Assembly (NCBI GenBank): GCA_963716725.1 | Contig: CAVQUB010000011.1 | Coordinates: 224,001-288,000, forward strand | Reading direction: 5' to 3' | Length of the DNA stretch: 64,000 bases | From: an uncultured delta proteobacterium | GTDB lineage: Bacteria; Myxococcota_A; Polyangia; Polyangiales; Polyangiaceae | Program-made: the position numbers and the translations under genes | Notes under the pieces: model-generated | What the model saw: only the letters and a program-made list of their open reading frames with translations | Told to the model about the DNA's origin: nothing | Database searches by the model: none | Shown: positions 9,553 to 21,700 of the stretch, one piece after another | Layout of the letters: each line of letters opens with the position of its first letter | How positions within the stretch are numbered: position 1 is the stretch's first letter

Positions 9553-10212
9553 ATGCCTGAACGCGCCGACGTCCTCGACTCGCTCCTGCGAGTATTTCAC
9601 GAACCTCGGCGTGCGAGTTCCGTCGCGGCGGTGATCTACCTGATGTTCACCGTGCTCTGGCTGATGCAGCTCGCGAGTCCGGGCGCGCTCCAGCGCATCG
9701 CTGGGCAGCCGCTGGGGGCCGCGTTGTTGGGAGCGATGTGCGGGCTCATCGCGCTCTGCGCGGTCTTCATCGCTGGCGCCGTCCTGATTTGGAAACAGCA
9801 GAGCAGTCGCGCCCCGGGCATTGGCGACGCGCTGTTGCACGCCTCGGTAGCTGCCCTCGGGCTGGGACTGCTCTTCGGGAAAGGCCTGCTCTCGGAGCAA
9901 GCGCTGGCCCTCTCGGCGGGTGGCGCGGGCCTGCTCCTGATTGGGGCAGGACTCCTGCAAGGCGTGGTGGCGCTCCGCCGCGCAGAGCAAGGTGGACTGA
10001 GAAGTTGCGCCGTGCGCGGAGCCATCTTCAGCACCGTCGGAGCGCTGGGCTTCGTGACTGCGAGTCGAGATTTCGGTGCGTCGCTCGTCGATGTTCAAGC
10101 CGGTCCCATCGGTATCGCCGTGGTCAGCTTGGGAGCGCTCACGTTCGCGAGCTACGCGGCGCACTCTCTGTGGTACGTCGGCGAGCAAGCTCCGCTCTGG
10201 CACGAAAGCTAG
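9553..10212 (+). CDS. Hypothetical multi-pass membrane protein
   Basis: About 6 hydrophobic segments; no recognised motif. Confidence 0.6.
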   Translation: MPERADVLDSLLRVFHEPRRASSVAAVIYLMFTVLWLMQLASPGALQRIAGQPLGAALLGAMCGLIALCAVFIAGAVLIWKQQSSRAPGIGDALLHASVAALGLGLLFGKGLLSEQALALSAGGAGLLLIGAGLLQGVVALRRAEQGGLRSCAVRGAIFSTVGALGFVTASRDFGASLVDVQAGPIGIAVVSLGALTFASYAAHSLWYVGEQAPLWHES

Positions 10213-10408
10213 ATTGGGCTAGTCCGTCGGCCGCCGACGAAAGCCGGGGCTTGGGGACTCATGAGCAGCGGTGCGCCGACCTCGCGGGTCGGGGGCATCG
10301 CGGGTCGGAAACATCGTCCCGCTGCTACCACCGCGCTCGCGTTGTGCCCTGCCCCATCTGCGCTGAGTCGCGGGACCAGCGGTGCATCTCGTCTGCTATG
10401 CTCGCAAG

Positions 10409-12085
10409 GTGCCGACGGTGAACACACCGAGCCCCTTCGAGCTGGCGGATCGCTACGTCGACGAGAGCGCGGAGCATGATCCAGCGCATGCGACGTCGTT
10501 GGGTATCGCGGGTTTCGATCACGCTTGGGGACAGGCGTTTGGCCTGGAAGGACACGCGGCCCGCATGGATCTGGTGCGGCGCTACCGCGCAGCGTTCGCC
10601 GCGCACGCGGCGCATCCCGACCCGAAGCAGAAGCTCGCCGCCCGCGTGATGCTCGGCTCGCTGGACGAGGAACTCGCGGCCGACGCTGCGGGTGAGCAGT
10701 TCCGCGATCTCGCCCACATGGTGTCGAGCTTCCAGCGCGTCGGGTCGACCTTCGACTTGATGAAGAAGCACGACGAAGAAGCTTGGCGCGCCGTGTGTGC
10801 TCGGCTCGAGTCCGTCGACCAGCCCTACACCCAGCTGCGCGAGCGGCTGCACGTCGGGCGTGAGCGCGGCTACCAGGTTGCCGCCAGGCAGGTGCGTTCG
10901 GTGGCCGATCAAGCGCGCCGTTTCAGTGCGCCCGACTCCGCCTTCGATCGTCTGGCGCGTCAGGGTGCTGCGGCGTTTCCGGAGTTGGCTGTTCGGCTCG
11001 AAGCGGCCGTGCTGCACGCAAAGTCGACTGCGCACGCGTTTGCCGAGCACCTCGAGCGCGACGTCCTGCCCGGCGCACCGACCGAAGACGGCGTGGGCCT
11101 CGAGCGCTACCGGCCCGCGCTCGACCGCGCCATGGGGCTCGATCTCGACCCGATGGAGGCCTACGCCTGGGGTTGGGAAGAGCTGTTTCGCCTCGTCTCC
11201 GAGATGAAGCGGCTCGGTGAGCAGATCCTGCCCGGCGCTTCTTTGGAGGAAGTCACCCACCTACTCGAGACCGATCCCGCTCGCGCCGCGCACTCGCCGG
11301 AGGCCTTTCTGGAGCGCATTCGCGAGCGCCTGACTGACGCGCGGGAGCGCTTGAGCGGCGTGCACTTCGACGTCGATCCCCGCATCGTCGAGCTGAGCGT
11401 CGAGTTGGCGCCGGTCGGAACGCCGTCCAGTGCGTATTACCAGCCGCCGTCGGAGGACTTCTCGCGTCCCGGCGGGGTGCGCTACGCGTTCGGCGACCAG
11501 ACCTTCTTCCCGCTCTACCAACAGATCTCGACCGCGTATCACGAGGGCTTTCCGGGTCACCACCTGCAGATCGGCACCGCGATGACGCGCGCCGACAGCC
11601 TCAGCCGCGCCCATCGCCTCCTGGTTTGGTACTCGGGGTACGGTGAGGGCTGGGCGATGTACACCGAGTGTCTGATGGGGGAGCTCGGCTTCTTCGAGAA
11701 GCCCGAGTACGAGCTTGGCATGCTGGCCAAGCAGCTCTATCGCGCCGCGCGCGTCGTCGTGGACATTGGCCTTCATCTCGGCCTTCGCATTGATTCGGCT
11801 TCCGCCCTCGACCCCGGCGAGGCGTGGACCTTCGAGCGAGCGGCCAACTTCATGCGCGTGTACGGGCATCGCACGCCCGCGCAGGCCGACAGCGAAGTCA
11901 TGCGCTACCTGGGCTGGCCCGGCCAGGCGCCGACCTACAAACTCGGCGAGCGCGAGATCGTGCAATTGCGGAATGAAGCCCGCTCGCGGGTCGGCAACGC
12001 CTTTTCACTGCGCGACTTCCACGCGCGCGTGATCGGCAACGGCGCACTTCGCATCGATCTGTTGCGCGAGCTCGTGCTCGCGTGA
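10409..12085 (+). CDS. DUF885 family protein (zincin-like)
   Basis: AYYQPPSEDFSRPG, YHEGFPGHHLQ, GYGEGWAMY, PGQAPTYKLG; GTG start 6 nt after TATGCT. Confidence 0.92.
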   Translation: MPTVNTPSPFELADRYVDESAEHDPAHATSLGIAGFDHAWGQAFGLEGHAARMDLVRRYRAAFAAHAAHPDPKQKLAARVMLGSLDEELAADAAGEQFRDLAHMVSSFQRVGSTFDLMKKHDEEAWRAVCARLESVDQPYTQLRERLHVGRERGYQVAARQVRSVADQARRFSAPDSAFDRLARQGAAAFPELAVRLEAAVLHAKSTAHAFAEHLERDVLPGAPTEDGVGLERYRPALDRAMGLDLDPMEAYAWGWEELFRLVSEMKRLGEQILPGASLEEVTHLLETDPARAAHSPEAFLERIRERLTDARERLSGVHFDVDPRIVELSVELAPVGTPSSAYYQPPSEDFSRPGGVRYAFGDQTFFPLYQQISTAYHEGFPGHHLQIGTAMTRADSLSRAHRLLVWYSGYGEGWAMYTECLMGELGFFEKPEYELGMLAKQLYRAARVVVDIGLHLGLRIDSASALDPGEAWTFERAANFMRVYGHRTPAQADSEVMRYLGWPGQAPTYKLGEREIVQLRNEARSRVGNAFSLRDFHARVIGNGALRIDLLRELVLA

Positions 12086-12128
12086 CCTGAGGGCCGGCCT
12101 TCGGCCGGAGGACGTTTCTCCGAGGCTT

Positions 12129-13202
12129 TCAGCCATCCGCGAGCAGCGCCCGCAACACCGCGATCACCTCGCCCATTTCGAAGGGCTTGCGGATCCAGGT
12201 ACAAACCTCGTCGTGGCCCAGGTCCGGCGCTCCCGTGGGCGACCCGCTGATGAGCACGACAGGGACGTGCCCGGCTCGCTGACGCAAGAGCGCGATGGCG
12301 CCGCGCGGGTCTTCGGCGATGGGCGAGAGATCGAACAGCACGGCGGACAGCCCCGTGCCCAGGTCGAACGAGGCGATGTCGTGCGAGTTCGTGATGGAGA
12401 TCACGACCGCCCCGCGAGCTTCGAGCGCAAGCTCGATCAATCCCAGCACGGCGGGATCGTCCTCGAGGACCAGCACCCGCGCACCATCGAGTCGAACCGG
12501 CTCCGATGGCGGCCTCGCGTCGGCTCGCCCCGGGCGCTTGGGCCAAAAGAGCTCGAAACAGGCACCGGGTCCGGGTCGGGCCAACCTGAGCTCACCCCCC
12601 CGCTCGCGGGCGGCGGCAGACGAGTGCACCAGACCGATCCCGGTGCCGCCGGTCCGCGTCGATTCGGGTGCGACGAAGAGCGTCGACGCGCGCTCGGGAT
12701 CGACCCCAGGCCCTTCGTCGATCACGCGAAACGCCATCCCGCCGCCGTCCTCGCGCAAGGTCAGCGTGACGACGCCTCCGGCCGGCGAGAAGGCCACGGC
12801 GTTGAGCAGCAGGTTCAGCAGGATCTGCGCGACGGCGTCGGCGTCGGCCACCCAGTCGTCGAGGCTCGTCGTCGACTCGAAGCGCAGGTGGACGCCCTTG
12901 CGTTCGGCGGCCGGGGTGATGCCGAGGACGGCGGCGCGGGCGAGCGTCGCGGCGCTGCGCTCCGCTGCGAAGCCGCCAACACCGTCGCCGTCGCCGCCGC
13001 CGTCGCCGATGGCGCGGCGCGCCACACCGTGCCCGAGCCGCGCGTAGCTGAGCGCAACCTCGAGCGCGTCTCGGGCCGGGCCGGCCTGCACACGACTACC
13101 GACGATGTCGAGCCAGCCGAGCACTACGGTCAGGGCGTTGGAGACCTCGTGCAGCGCCGCGGCCAGCTCTGCCGGTGACGCGCTCGCGGATGGGCGTTTC
13201 AC
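12129..13202 (-). CDS. Sensor-less hybrid histidine kinase/receiver
   Basis: H-box LHEVSNAL, NLLLNA, DEGPG, GTGIGL; receiver LEDD...FDL...KPF. Confidence 0.9.
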   Translation of the reverse strand: MKRPSASASPAELAAALHEVSNALTVVLGWLDIVGSRVQAGPARDALEVALSYARLGHGVARRAIGDGGGDGDGVGGFAAERSAATLARAAVLGITPAAERKGVHLRFESTTSLDDWVADADAVAQILLNLLLNAVAFSPAGGVVTLTLREDGGGMAFRVIDEGPGVDPERASTLFVAPESTRTGGTGIGLVHSSAAARERGGELRLARPGPGACFELFWPKRPGRADARPPSEPVRLDGARVLVLEDDPAVLGLIELALEARGAVVISITNSHDIASFDLGTGLSAVLFDLSPIAEDPRGAIALLRQRAGHVPVVLISGSPTGAPDLGHDEVCTWIRKPFEMGEVIAVLRALLADG

Positions 13203-13262
13203 GATCTGCAGGCTATTACGGTCACCGCCTCAGAACCAGCTTCGGGCGCGAGCGAGGCGAGC

Positions 13263-15089
13263 TCAGTTCAAGTTGGCCGGCAAGAACAAGCGGAACGCGC
13301 CGGTCTCGTCCGCCCGCGCCTCGGCGAGTTGCACCGCCGTGGTCGCTCCAGAGCGGTCGCCGGTGTAGCCCTCGCCGTTGAGGTAGATGAAGGCGCGGAT
13401 CAGGGCTCCGGGGACCGGCAGCGGCGCCTCGGCACCCGGCACGCTGACCTTGCCTTCATAGACGACGGGCAGCGGGAGCTTCATCGGTCCAAGATCGTGC
13501 ACGCCGCTCTGAACTTCGACGCCCGGCCGGACCAGCCATGCGAACCCGGTGCCGTCGGGCGGACGCACCGAGAAATCGAAGACGCCAGGGTCGACCTCGA
13601 AGGAGAAAGCTCCCTCTTTTCCAACCATGCCCGACATCGCCTTCGGCGAGAAGGGAGTGATGCCCACGGCGATTTCGAGGGGCGTGGGCGAGACCGCGGC
13701 GGCGACCGCTTGCACGCTGGCCCCCGTCGCAGCCTTCGCGCCACCGGGGACGAGCACGCTGCCACCGACGTCGGACACGAGCTCGAGCGTCACGCTCTTG
13801 CCACCCTGTTTGGCGGTGCCGGACGACACCGTGAGCTTGGTCTTGGTGGTCGCGAAGCCCGAGTTGGCCGGTGGGGCCACAAACACTTCGTATTGCCCCG
13901 GCAAGAGCTGCACGTTGGTCGCCACGCCGTCGACGATCTCCACCTTCTTCTCGAAGAAGGCCAGCCCGATCTGATCGCCTCCGCTGCTGTCGAGCTCGAG
14001 CTTCGTGGACACGAAGCGAGCCGTCGCTGCGTCCATGAAGGGTGCACCGTTGGTGCCGAACAGGCTGATTTGATCGAGCGTGACCGCCTCCGGCCAGAGC
14101 TGCTTCTGCGCTTCGATCTTGACCGGACCGGTGGTGAACAGGCCAAGGTGCGCGCGCTCGATGACCACCGTCGGTTTGTCGGCCCCGGCCGGCGGCCGGA
14201 GCCGCACTAGCTCCATGCCCGGCGCGACCTTCTGGCCGGTCGCCTCCGAGAACTCGACGGCAGCGACGTAGTGTTGGTTCTTGGCGTCGGTCGGGTCGTC
14301 CACCAGCTCGAGCTTCGCCGGGATCGAGAGTCGGAGCCCCGAGGTCGGGTCGATGACGTCGATCTCCCAGCCAACCAAGGGGGTCTTCTCGGCGACCGAC
14401 ACCGCATCCACCGAGAGCAGCACCTCGATCTCGAGCAGGCTCGGCGCCTGGAGCGGGATCGACGCCTCGACGTCACCCGCTTCGACATGCACGCCGCGAA
14501 CGAGCTGCGGCACGATGCTGCACGACAGGGCGTTCTGGTCTTCGGTGAGCGGCTCCACGTAGACGTCGTAGTCGTCCGGCGGCAGCCAGGCCTCGAATTC
14601 GTAGCGGTTCTCGGCCTTGTTGAAGCTGGTCTTGGCGGTGAAGCGAGGTGCGGGCAGGCCCAGAAGCTTCATGGTCGACGTGAACGTCACCTTGACGGGC
14701 GGCGTTGAGCTCTCGTTCCCCGCGCCGTAGGCGATCATGCAGTTGCCTTGGTGCGCGGCCTTCTGGGGCTTCACCGTGCCGGTGACCTTGCTGACCACGC
14801 CCAGCGCGACGTCCAGCGATCCACCGCCGACCGAGATCTCTTGGGGCACCAGGAAGGACAGCCCACCGTAGCGGTCGGCGTCCGTCGGCGGGGTGATCTC
14901 GAACAGCACCGTCGAGAACAAACCCTGCTCGGCGTGACACATCCCGAGCGCTTGATCGCACTTGCCGGCCCCGCAGTCCGCGTCGCTCGAGCACTGGTTC
15001 TTGGTCGGCTCGAGCGCGGTGTCTTCGAGTGCCTGCACCGAGCAGCCCGACGCGAAGACGATCGCAGCGAGGGCGAGCAGCGCGCGCAT
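13263..15089 (-). CDS. Large lipoprotein with repeated carboxypeptidase-regulatory-like beta sandwiches
   Basis: MRALLALAAIVFASGC lipobox; CSSDADCGAGKC; recurring LPPDDYDVYV/LLPGQYEVFV/VDPGVFDFSV; start overlaps upstream stop. Confidence 0.75.
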   Translation of the reverse strand: MRALLALAAIVFASGCSVQALEDTALEPTKNQCSSDADCGAGKCDQALGMCHAEQGLFSTVLFEITPPTDADRYGGLSFLVPQEISVGGGSLDVALGVVSKVTGTVKPQKAAHQGNCMIAYGAGNESSTPPVKVTFTSTMKLLGLPAPRFTAKTSFNKAENRYEFEAWLPPDDYDVYVEPLTEDQNALSCSIVPQLVRGVHVEAGDVEASIPLQAPSLLEIEVLLSVDAVSVAEKTPLVGWEIDVIDPTSGLRLSIPAKLELVDDPTDAKNQHYVAAVEFSEATGQKVAPGMELVRLRPPAGADKPTVVIERAHLGLFTTGPVKIEAQKQLWPEAVTLDQISLFGTNGAPFMDAATARFVSTKLELDSSGGDQIGLAFFEKKVEIVDGVATNVQLLPGQYEVFVAPPANSGFATTKTKLTVSSGTAKQGGKSVTLELVSDVGGSVLVPGGAKAATGASVQAVAAAVSPTPLEIAVGITPFSPKAMSGMVGKEGAFSFEVDPGVFDFSVRPPDGTGFAWLVRPGVEVQSGVHDLGPMKLPLPVVYEGKVSVPGAEAPLPVPGALIRAFIYLNGEGYTGDRSGATTAVQLAEARADETGAFRLFLPANLN

Positions 15090-15607
15090 CAGTTCACTCC
15101 TCCGCTGGGTGGGCAGTCGCCGAGCAGCGTGGTGCCGTCGTCTTCGACGTTGAGCCACCAGTTGAGAATGGCGGTGTCCGAGCTGAGCGTGGGTTCGTTG
15201 TTGTCGTTGAAGTTGGTGCGATGAGAGACGACCAAGCTGAGCGAGTGGCAACCCGCTACCTGGATCTCCGCGGGCATGCCGATGGCGCGCTTGTCGTCCT
15301 CGAGCTTGCCGGGGGGGACGTCGCGGAAATTGAGCAAGGTCTTCTTCCCGATCACGCCTCGATCGAGCCACAGAAACGCCCTCAGCTCCTCGCCGACGTC
15401 CTCCGAGCTGAACGGCACGTTGACCAAGATGGTGTCCCCCAGGGCGAGGTCGTAGGTGTGCAGAACGTTCGGAGTAGCCTTGTTTGCGTCCAGAAAGGGC
15501 GGAGTCTGCTTGGCCACGCCGTACTCGGCCGGCTCCGAAACGATGCAAGACACGGGGGCCACCAACCCCAGCAGTAGCGACAGGCGTGCCAACCCCACAA
15601 TGCGCAC
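15089..15607 (-). CDS. Hypothetical lipoprotein
   Basis: VRIVGLARLSLLLGLVAPVSC signal and lipobox; coupled to the downstream gene; start uncertain. Confidence 0.7.
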   Translation of the reverse strand: MRIVGLARLSLLLGLVAPVSCIVSEPAEYGVAKQTPPFLDANKATPNVLHTYDLALGDTILVNVPFSSEDVGEELRAFLWLDRGVIGKKTLLNFRDVPPGKLEDDKRAIGMPAEIQVAGCHSLSLVVSHRTNFNDNNEPTLSSDTAILNWWLNVEDDGTTLLGDCPPSGGVN

Positions 15608-15733
15608 AGATCCCTGCGATCCCGCGGTGTTCGGGTGTGACAGTGGTGTCGCGCTGGGGGGCCGCCGATTCATCTGCGCGTCAACCATAGCCTGGCTTTC
15701 CACGGCTGGCTCAGCAACTCGCGAGCGCCGGGG

Positions 15734-18700
15734 TCAGCTGTGGGCAGGCGGCCGCGTGCCGCGCTGGGTCTGCCAACGGGCGGCCGAGTACTCCGAGCTG
15801 GTGGCGAGACGCACCAGGTCGGCAAACGCTGCATGCTCCGCCACGAGCTTGGCCAGGGTCGACGGCGACGCCACGACCTCCGGCGCGATGCCCTCCTGCC
15901 GGCAGGTTTGCCGGAGGGCGACGCCCAGATCACCCGAAACGAACAGGCCCGCTCGCCGTGCGGCCCGGCGCGCGTGCGCCATCCCGGTCTCGAAGTCGAT
16001 CCCGCTGGGCTCGTGGCAGAGCTCGCGCAAGCGCCGCTGCGAGCTCGCGGGGATGCGCTCCCACAGCACCTCGGCCAGGCTCGCCGCGCTGGCGAGATCG
16101 GCCTTGTGCTCGGCGGGCGGGCCGAACGCGAGCAGCATGCTCTTCAGGATGGATTGGGCCTGCTCCTCGCTGGAGCCAAACAGGAGCACGTGCTCGGGCA
16201 AGGACGCGACCAGCATGGCCCCGACGTGATAGCTGAGCTCAGGGGTTTCTCGCGCCACCTCGCCGGCGGCGATGAGCGCCGGCGGGCTGAGCAACGCGAC
16301 CCCGAGCGAGATCGGGCCCGCCGTGCGAGGGTGGAAGAGCGGCGTTCGCGTCAGGCCGAGCACGCGGGCCGCCGCCGCGTAAGTCCGCGCGAGGGGGGTC
16401 GGCGCTTGGATCGAGATCCGCGCCGCACCGGCCACCCCGTAGCTGGCCGGGTCTCGCCGGAACACGTGGCTCGCCCCCTCCCAGACCAGCGAAAGCGCTT
16501 CGCAGACCGGGCTCTGAAGTTCCCGAAACAAGAGCGCTCTCAGCCGTGCCGGATCTTCGGGCTGCTCCGCCAGCCCCGGTGGCGCGGCTGCTTCGGCGCT
16601 CGGATCGAACAACGCCAGCGCGTGCTCGACGGCCCGAGCGTAGACATGGTTCTTGTCGGCGAGAGCCGCGACGTAGAGCTGGCGCAACAGGTCGCGGTCA
16701 CCTGGAGCGTGGCTGACCATGGCGCGGCACACCGCCACCAGATCGTAGGCGCGGCTACGCCGGTTCTCGAGCTGGCGCACGAGCTCGAACCCCGCGTCGA
16801 GTGATCCTTCGGCCAGCTGCGTCAAGAGATCGGCCTCCATGGAGCTCGCCGCCGCAAACGTTCCCGACACGCGCCGCAGTGACGCCGGCATGGCGACCTT
16901 GGCTTCGATCTGCGAATGCGGCTCGGGATCAGTGCCTCGCTCGCGGATGACCGGGGCGGGCGGTGCGCTGTGCTGTTTGGGAGGCGGCTCCGAGGGCTGC
17001 CGGATTTGCTCGGGTGGAGCCGTGGAGTGGTACGTGGTGCTCGGACGGTGCGCCGCCGGTGGCTTCGACGCCAGACGTGGCGGCGGGGAAGAGTCGCGCG
17101 GTCCCACGAACGCTGGAACCGGCTCGGCGCGTGGCAGCCCGGGCTCGGTATCCGTGCGGCGCACGGGCGCGACGTCCCGACGCGCCGACGCCTGTTCGCG
17201 TGCCACCTCGCCGGCCAGCTCCTCAGCCCTCAGCTGAGCGCCCAGCGCCGAGGCGGCGTCGCGTGTGATGGGCTCCGTCGCGGCAATGTTCACAAATCCA
17301 AGGGCACGCCCGAAGTCCCCGGTCTCGCGAGCGGCATCCGCCGCCATGATGGCGACGCGCCCGCGATGGCGAACGCCGCGCAGATCTCCGGACAGCGCCA
17401 GGTCGAACAGGCTCAGCGACTGGCCGTGCTCTCCGCCTTCCGTCAGGCGCTCACCGATGCCCAGCGCGACCAACGGCACATTGCCCAGTTCGGCGGACAA
17501 CTTCATCAGCTCGCGCATGCCTGCGCCGGTGCCCACCGCGCTGTCGAGCGCCTCGGCGATCAAGAAGCCGCGCACCTCCGCCTCTTCGGGCGTCAGCGCT
17601 TCGTCGATTCCCCGGAGAGCTGCCACGACCAAGCGCGCGTGCTCCCGCGTCGTGGGGCCGCGCACACGGTACTCGAGCCAGCGAGCGAAAATCTGGGGGG
17701 CGGCCGCCGCCGGAGCGATCTCCGACGCGCGCTCGGCCAGCGCCAAGGCGTCGGCAGGTTGACCCGCTACGTCGTAAGCCCGAGCCGCTTCGACCAAGAG
17801 CGCGACGTGGCGTTCGACGGGGTGACCGCCTGCGCCCACGAGATCTTCGAGCGCCTGCCCCAGGGCGCGAGCGTCCCCACTGCGGCGCTCCACCGCGACC
17901 GCGAGCTCGAGCAACTCCGGCGACTGCAGCCACGCGCCCAGGCCCTCGATGACACGGCGCGCGGCATCGACGTCGCCGCCGGCAAGATAGGCCTCGCAGG
18001 CGCGCTTCGACAGATCCGCGGCTTCGTCGCGGTTGGTGGTGACCGCGCTCGCTCGCATCCAGAGCGGAGCGGCCCGGAGCGGCGCGCCCAGGCGTTGATG
18101 GAGATCCGCGAGCACGCGAAGCACCGAGAGGTGATCGCCGGTGGCCGCGAGGAGCGCTTCGAGCTCGGTCCGTGCTTCGTCTGCCCGACCGAGGCGCTCT
18201 TCGAGCAGCGTCGCGCGCCTCAGGCGGATGCGCCGCACGTCGTCCACGCGCGACGCCAAGCTCGCGCGACGCCCGAGGAGAGACAGGGCTCGCTCCCAGT
18301 CGCCGCGTTTTTCGGCGGCGAGCTCCATCGCGGCCAGCGCATTGAGGTCGTCGGGATCCATGGCGGACAACTCCGCGAAGCGGCTGCTCGCGCCGGCATC
18401 GTCCCCGAGCTCTGCCAAGAGCGGCGCGAGCTCGCGCAAGAAGCGCAGCTTGGCGCGGTCGTCGACCCGATCGATCAAGTGGCCAAGGGCGGCAGCCCGG
18501 CGCCCGCCGTCCCGCGCCTGATGTGCGAGCGTGACCATGTCCTCGAGCAAGGCGATGTCACCGGGCGCATTGCGCAACGCCTCGTCGAGCACTGCCAGCG
18601 CGCGATCGGGTTTGCCTCGGGTCGCCAACAGCGCCGCGAGATCACGACCTGCCCGAGCCAGCGCGGCCCCGACGAGGTCACCGCTCGTGAGCTCGGACTC

Positions 18701-21700
18701 GATCAGAGTCTCGAGCTTGTCGTGGTGGCCAACCTGTCCGTAGAGTTCGCGCAGCCGAAGTCGCGCGCGCCGACGGTCGTCGGGGACGACCGCTGGATCC
18801 TCCGCGACACGCTCGAACGCCTCGATGGCCAAGAGCGGATCGCCGCTTCGCTCGGCCTGGGCGGCGGACCGCAGCATCGTACCGATCCGCTCGGCGGTGG
18901 GCACGGTGCTCGCGACGCGACCGAGGAGCGCTGGGTCCCCGCTGAGCTGCGCTGCCAAGGCCGCGCGCGCCGCAAGCGGCGCATCGTCGGGGTCGCGCTC
19001 GGCAGCGGCCACGACCAAGGCGCCCGCGCTGGCACCGTCGTCGAGAGCCCGAGCGATTTGTGCCGCCAGCTCCAAGAGCTGGCGCCCGACGTTTCCGTAC
19101 TTGTCGGCGACGGCAGCATTGACGCTGCCCACCAACGCTCGCGCTCGATCGGACTCGGCTGCGAGCGCCGGAGCACGACTGCTCAGCTCCGAGTACCACT
19201 CGACTGCCGCATCGCACTGCGCCGCCCGTTCGAGGGCCGAGATGGCAAGTCCAGCGAGCGAGAGGTCGAGGGCCACGCCAGCCGCCGCGATGCCGGTCCG
19301 GGCACCTTCTGCACCCTCCAGCCGCGGCAAAAGCGACTCGAGGGCATGCTCGAACCTCAGCGCGCCGATTTCACGGTGCTCGTTCGACACCTTCCCGAGC
19401 TCCGCCAGAGCCTTGCCGAGCGAGACCAAGACCGCCGGCTCGGGCCGCACCGAGAGCGCTCGCAACAGCACGTCCACGCGCAAACGGTTGCTGTCTTCGT
19501 CCGAGCCGCCGAAGAGCGCCGCGCGCTTGAGCCAAGTCGAGCGCTGCTGGGGCTGGTGTGCGGCCTCGGCGACCTCCGTCAGGGTGCGGACCACATCGGC
19601 TCCACGCCCGACTCGCTCGGCCAGACGCCCCATGAGCACGAAGGTGATGCCCTCGGCCGGGACCGCGCAGAACGCTCGGATGGCGTGGTCGAGCGCGCGG
19701 GAGTCTTCTCCTCGGCGCTCGAGGTAACGAGCGGCGCGATAGTGAACGGCGCGCTCACCGAAGGTGCCGAGAGCAGCCCGCGACAGCTTCTCGTAAATCG
19801 ATTCGAGGGTCATGACGTCGTCCGCGCCGGCGGCACGCTCGGCGATGGCGATCATGTCCGTATGCGAGGGATCGAGGTCCAGCGCGGCCACCGCGATGCG
19901 CAGCGCCTCGGCGCTCTCTCCGGCGCCGAGCGCCACGGTAGCTGCCATGCCGAGGAGCCGGGATGCGTCCTCCGGGTGGCCCTGCCGCGCCGCATACCTC
20001 TCGAGCTGTTCCAGCGCCGCCGCGGCGCCCGCAAATGAGACCAGGTCCCGCGCCAGGCGATTGACGCCATGAACCGGATCGAGTTCAGCGGCCCGTTGCC
20101 AGGCCTGGACAGCACCATCTGGATCGCCGGCGAGATCCCAGAGCGCCGCGCCAAGCTCACGAAAGGCCCGGCCCCGCGCCTCGGCGTCCGCCTGCGCGTG
20201 CTCCGCGAGGGCCTCGGCGCGGGCCGTCAGCAAGGAGATCTCGCCATCCGAGCTGCGCGCAGGCAGCGCATCCGCCAGCTCGTTGAGGATTCGATCGGCG
20301 GCCGCGCCCTCGGCCTTGGCCCGCGCCAGCGCCCGCGCCACCCCGTCGGCATCGCCGGCTGCACGGCGTCGGGTCGCAATGCTGAGGAGCAACTCGACGC
20401 GCCCCTCGGCGCGGTCGGACACCGCGAGGGTACGTTCGAGCAGCGCCAACGCGAGCCCCGGCTCGTCGCCGGAGTCGGCGACCGCCAACACCGTTTCACG
20501 CAGCTCTTCGGAGCGCGGTCCGAGCACGTCGAGCGCCCGTCGCGCCATCGCCGTTCCGCGTGCGGGCTCGATTTCCGCGAGCCGGAGCAGCGCCGCCGAA
20601 AGCGGCGACGCGAGATCCGAGAGCGGCTGCGGCTGCGACAAGAGCCACGACAGCGCGTCCCCGATACGCTGTCCGTCGCCAGCTTCGGTGACGCGGCCGA
20701 GTAGCGTCCGGGCTGCGCGCACGTCGCCGGGCCGTAGCGCGAGCCAGCGCTGAGTCCAGACCAGCGCGAGGCTCGGATCGCCCAGTGCGTCGTGCGCGTC
20801 GGCGAGCGCTTCACACAGCGCCGCGCGGGGCACGATGAAGCCCATGGCACGTTCCAGCGCGTCGGCGACCGAACGATCTGGCGCGCGCGCCAGGGCGATG
20901 GTCGCGAGCACCGCCACCGGGCGTGCCTGGGACGGATCGGCACGGCTCGCTTGCTCGGCGACGCTCCGCGCCTCGTCGACGTCGCCCGCCGAGAGCAGCG
21001 CCTCGGCGGAGGCCGCCAGCAATACGGCGCGAAATTCCGATGAAAGCGGGGCCGCGAGGCGAAGCAGCGCGCGAGCCCAGAGCCGCGCTTCGCTGAGCCT
21101 GGCCGCGAGCACCAGCGCCATGCCAGAGGCCGCCGGATGGGCCGCCGGCGTGAACAAGAGCGGGGTCACCACCCGCAACGCGGAGGCCTCTTCCCCCCGT
21201 GCGCGCAAGCACAGCGCCAGCGCCAGCGCGACGCGCTCGTAATCCGCACCCGGGTCGCGAGTCAGCGCACGCTCGAGGGCGCCGACGAGCTCGTCGACGC
21301 GGTCCTCTCTGACCAAGACCCGCTCGAGCAATCGTTGCCAGCCGCGGTGCTCACCGGGAACTTCGAGCAACGCGCGTAGCACCGCTAGATATTCGTCGAC
21401 GTGATCGGGACGACTACGTAGCAGTCCTGCGAGTTCTGCGAGGGACTCAGGCTGGCCGCGCAGCTCCTCGATGCGCGACTCTTCGTCCCTCGCCGCGGGT
21501 TCGGACTGCGCGACGAGCTCGGCGAGATCGTCGTCGGGCTCCATGGCCATTGCCGCACGGCCCGCCCACACCACCAGGCCCGGCATCGACACTCGAGTCG
21601 ACGCGAGCTTCGCCAGATCGACCAGCGCGGCACGACGTGACGGGCCACCGCCCCGCGCGACGCGCAAGAGGGCCCCGATGAGCGGAGTCGGATCCCCGGT

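Noticed and set aside
16916..20038. 1040-aa ORF antisense to the giant TPR gene, and many similar long overlapping ORFs
   Set aside because: These are shadow ORFs expected in high-GC coding DNA. They have no motifs and lie opposite well-supported genes.
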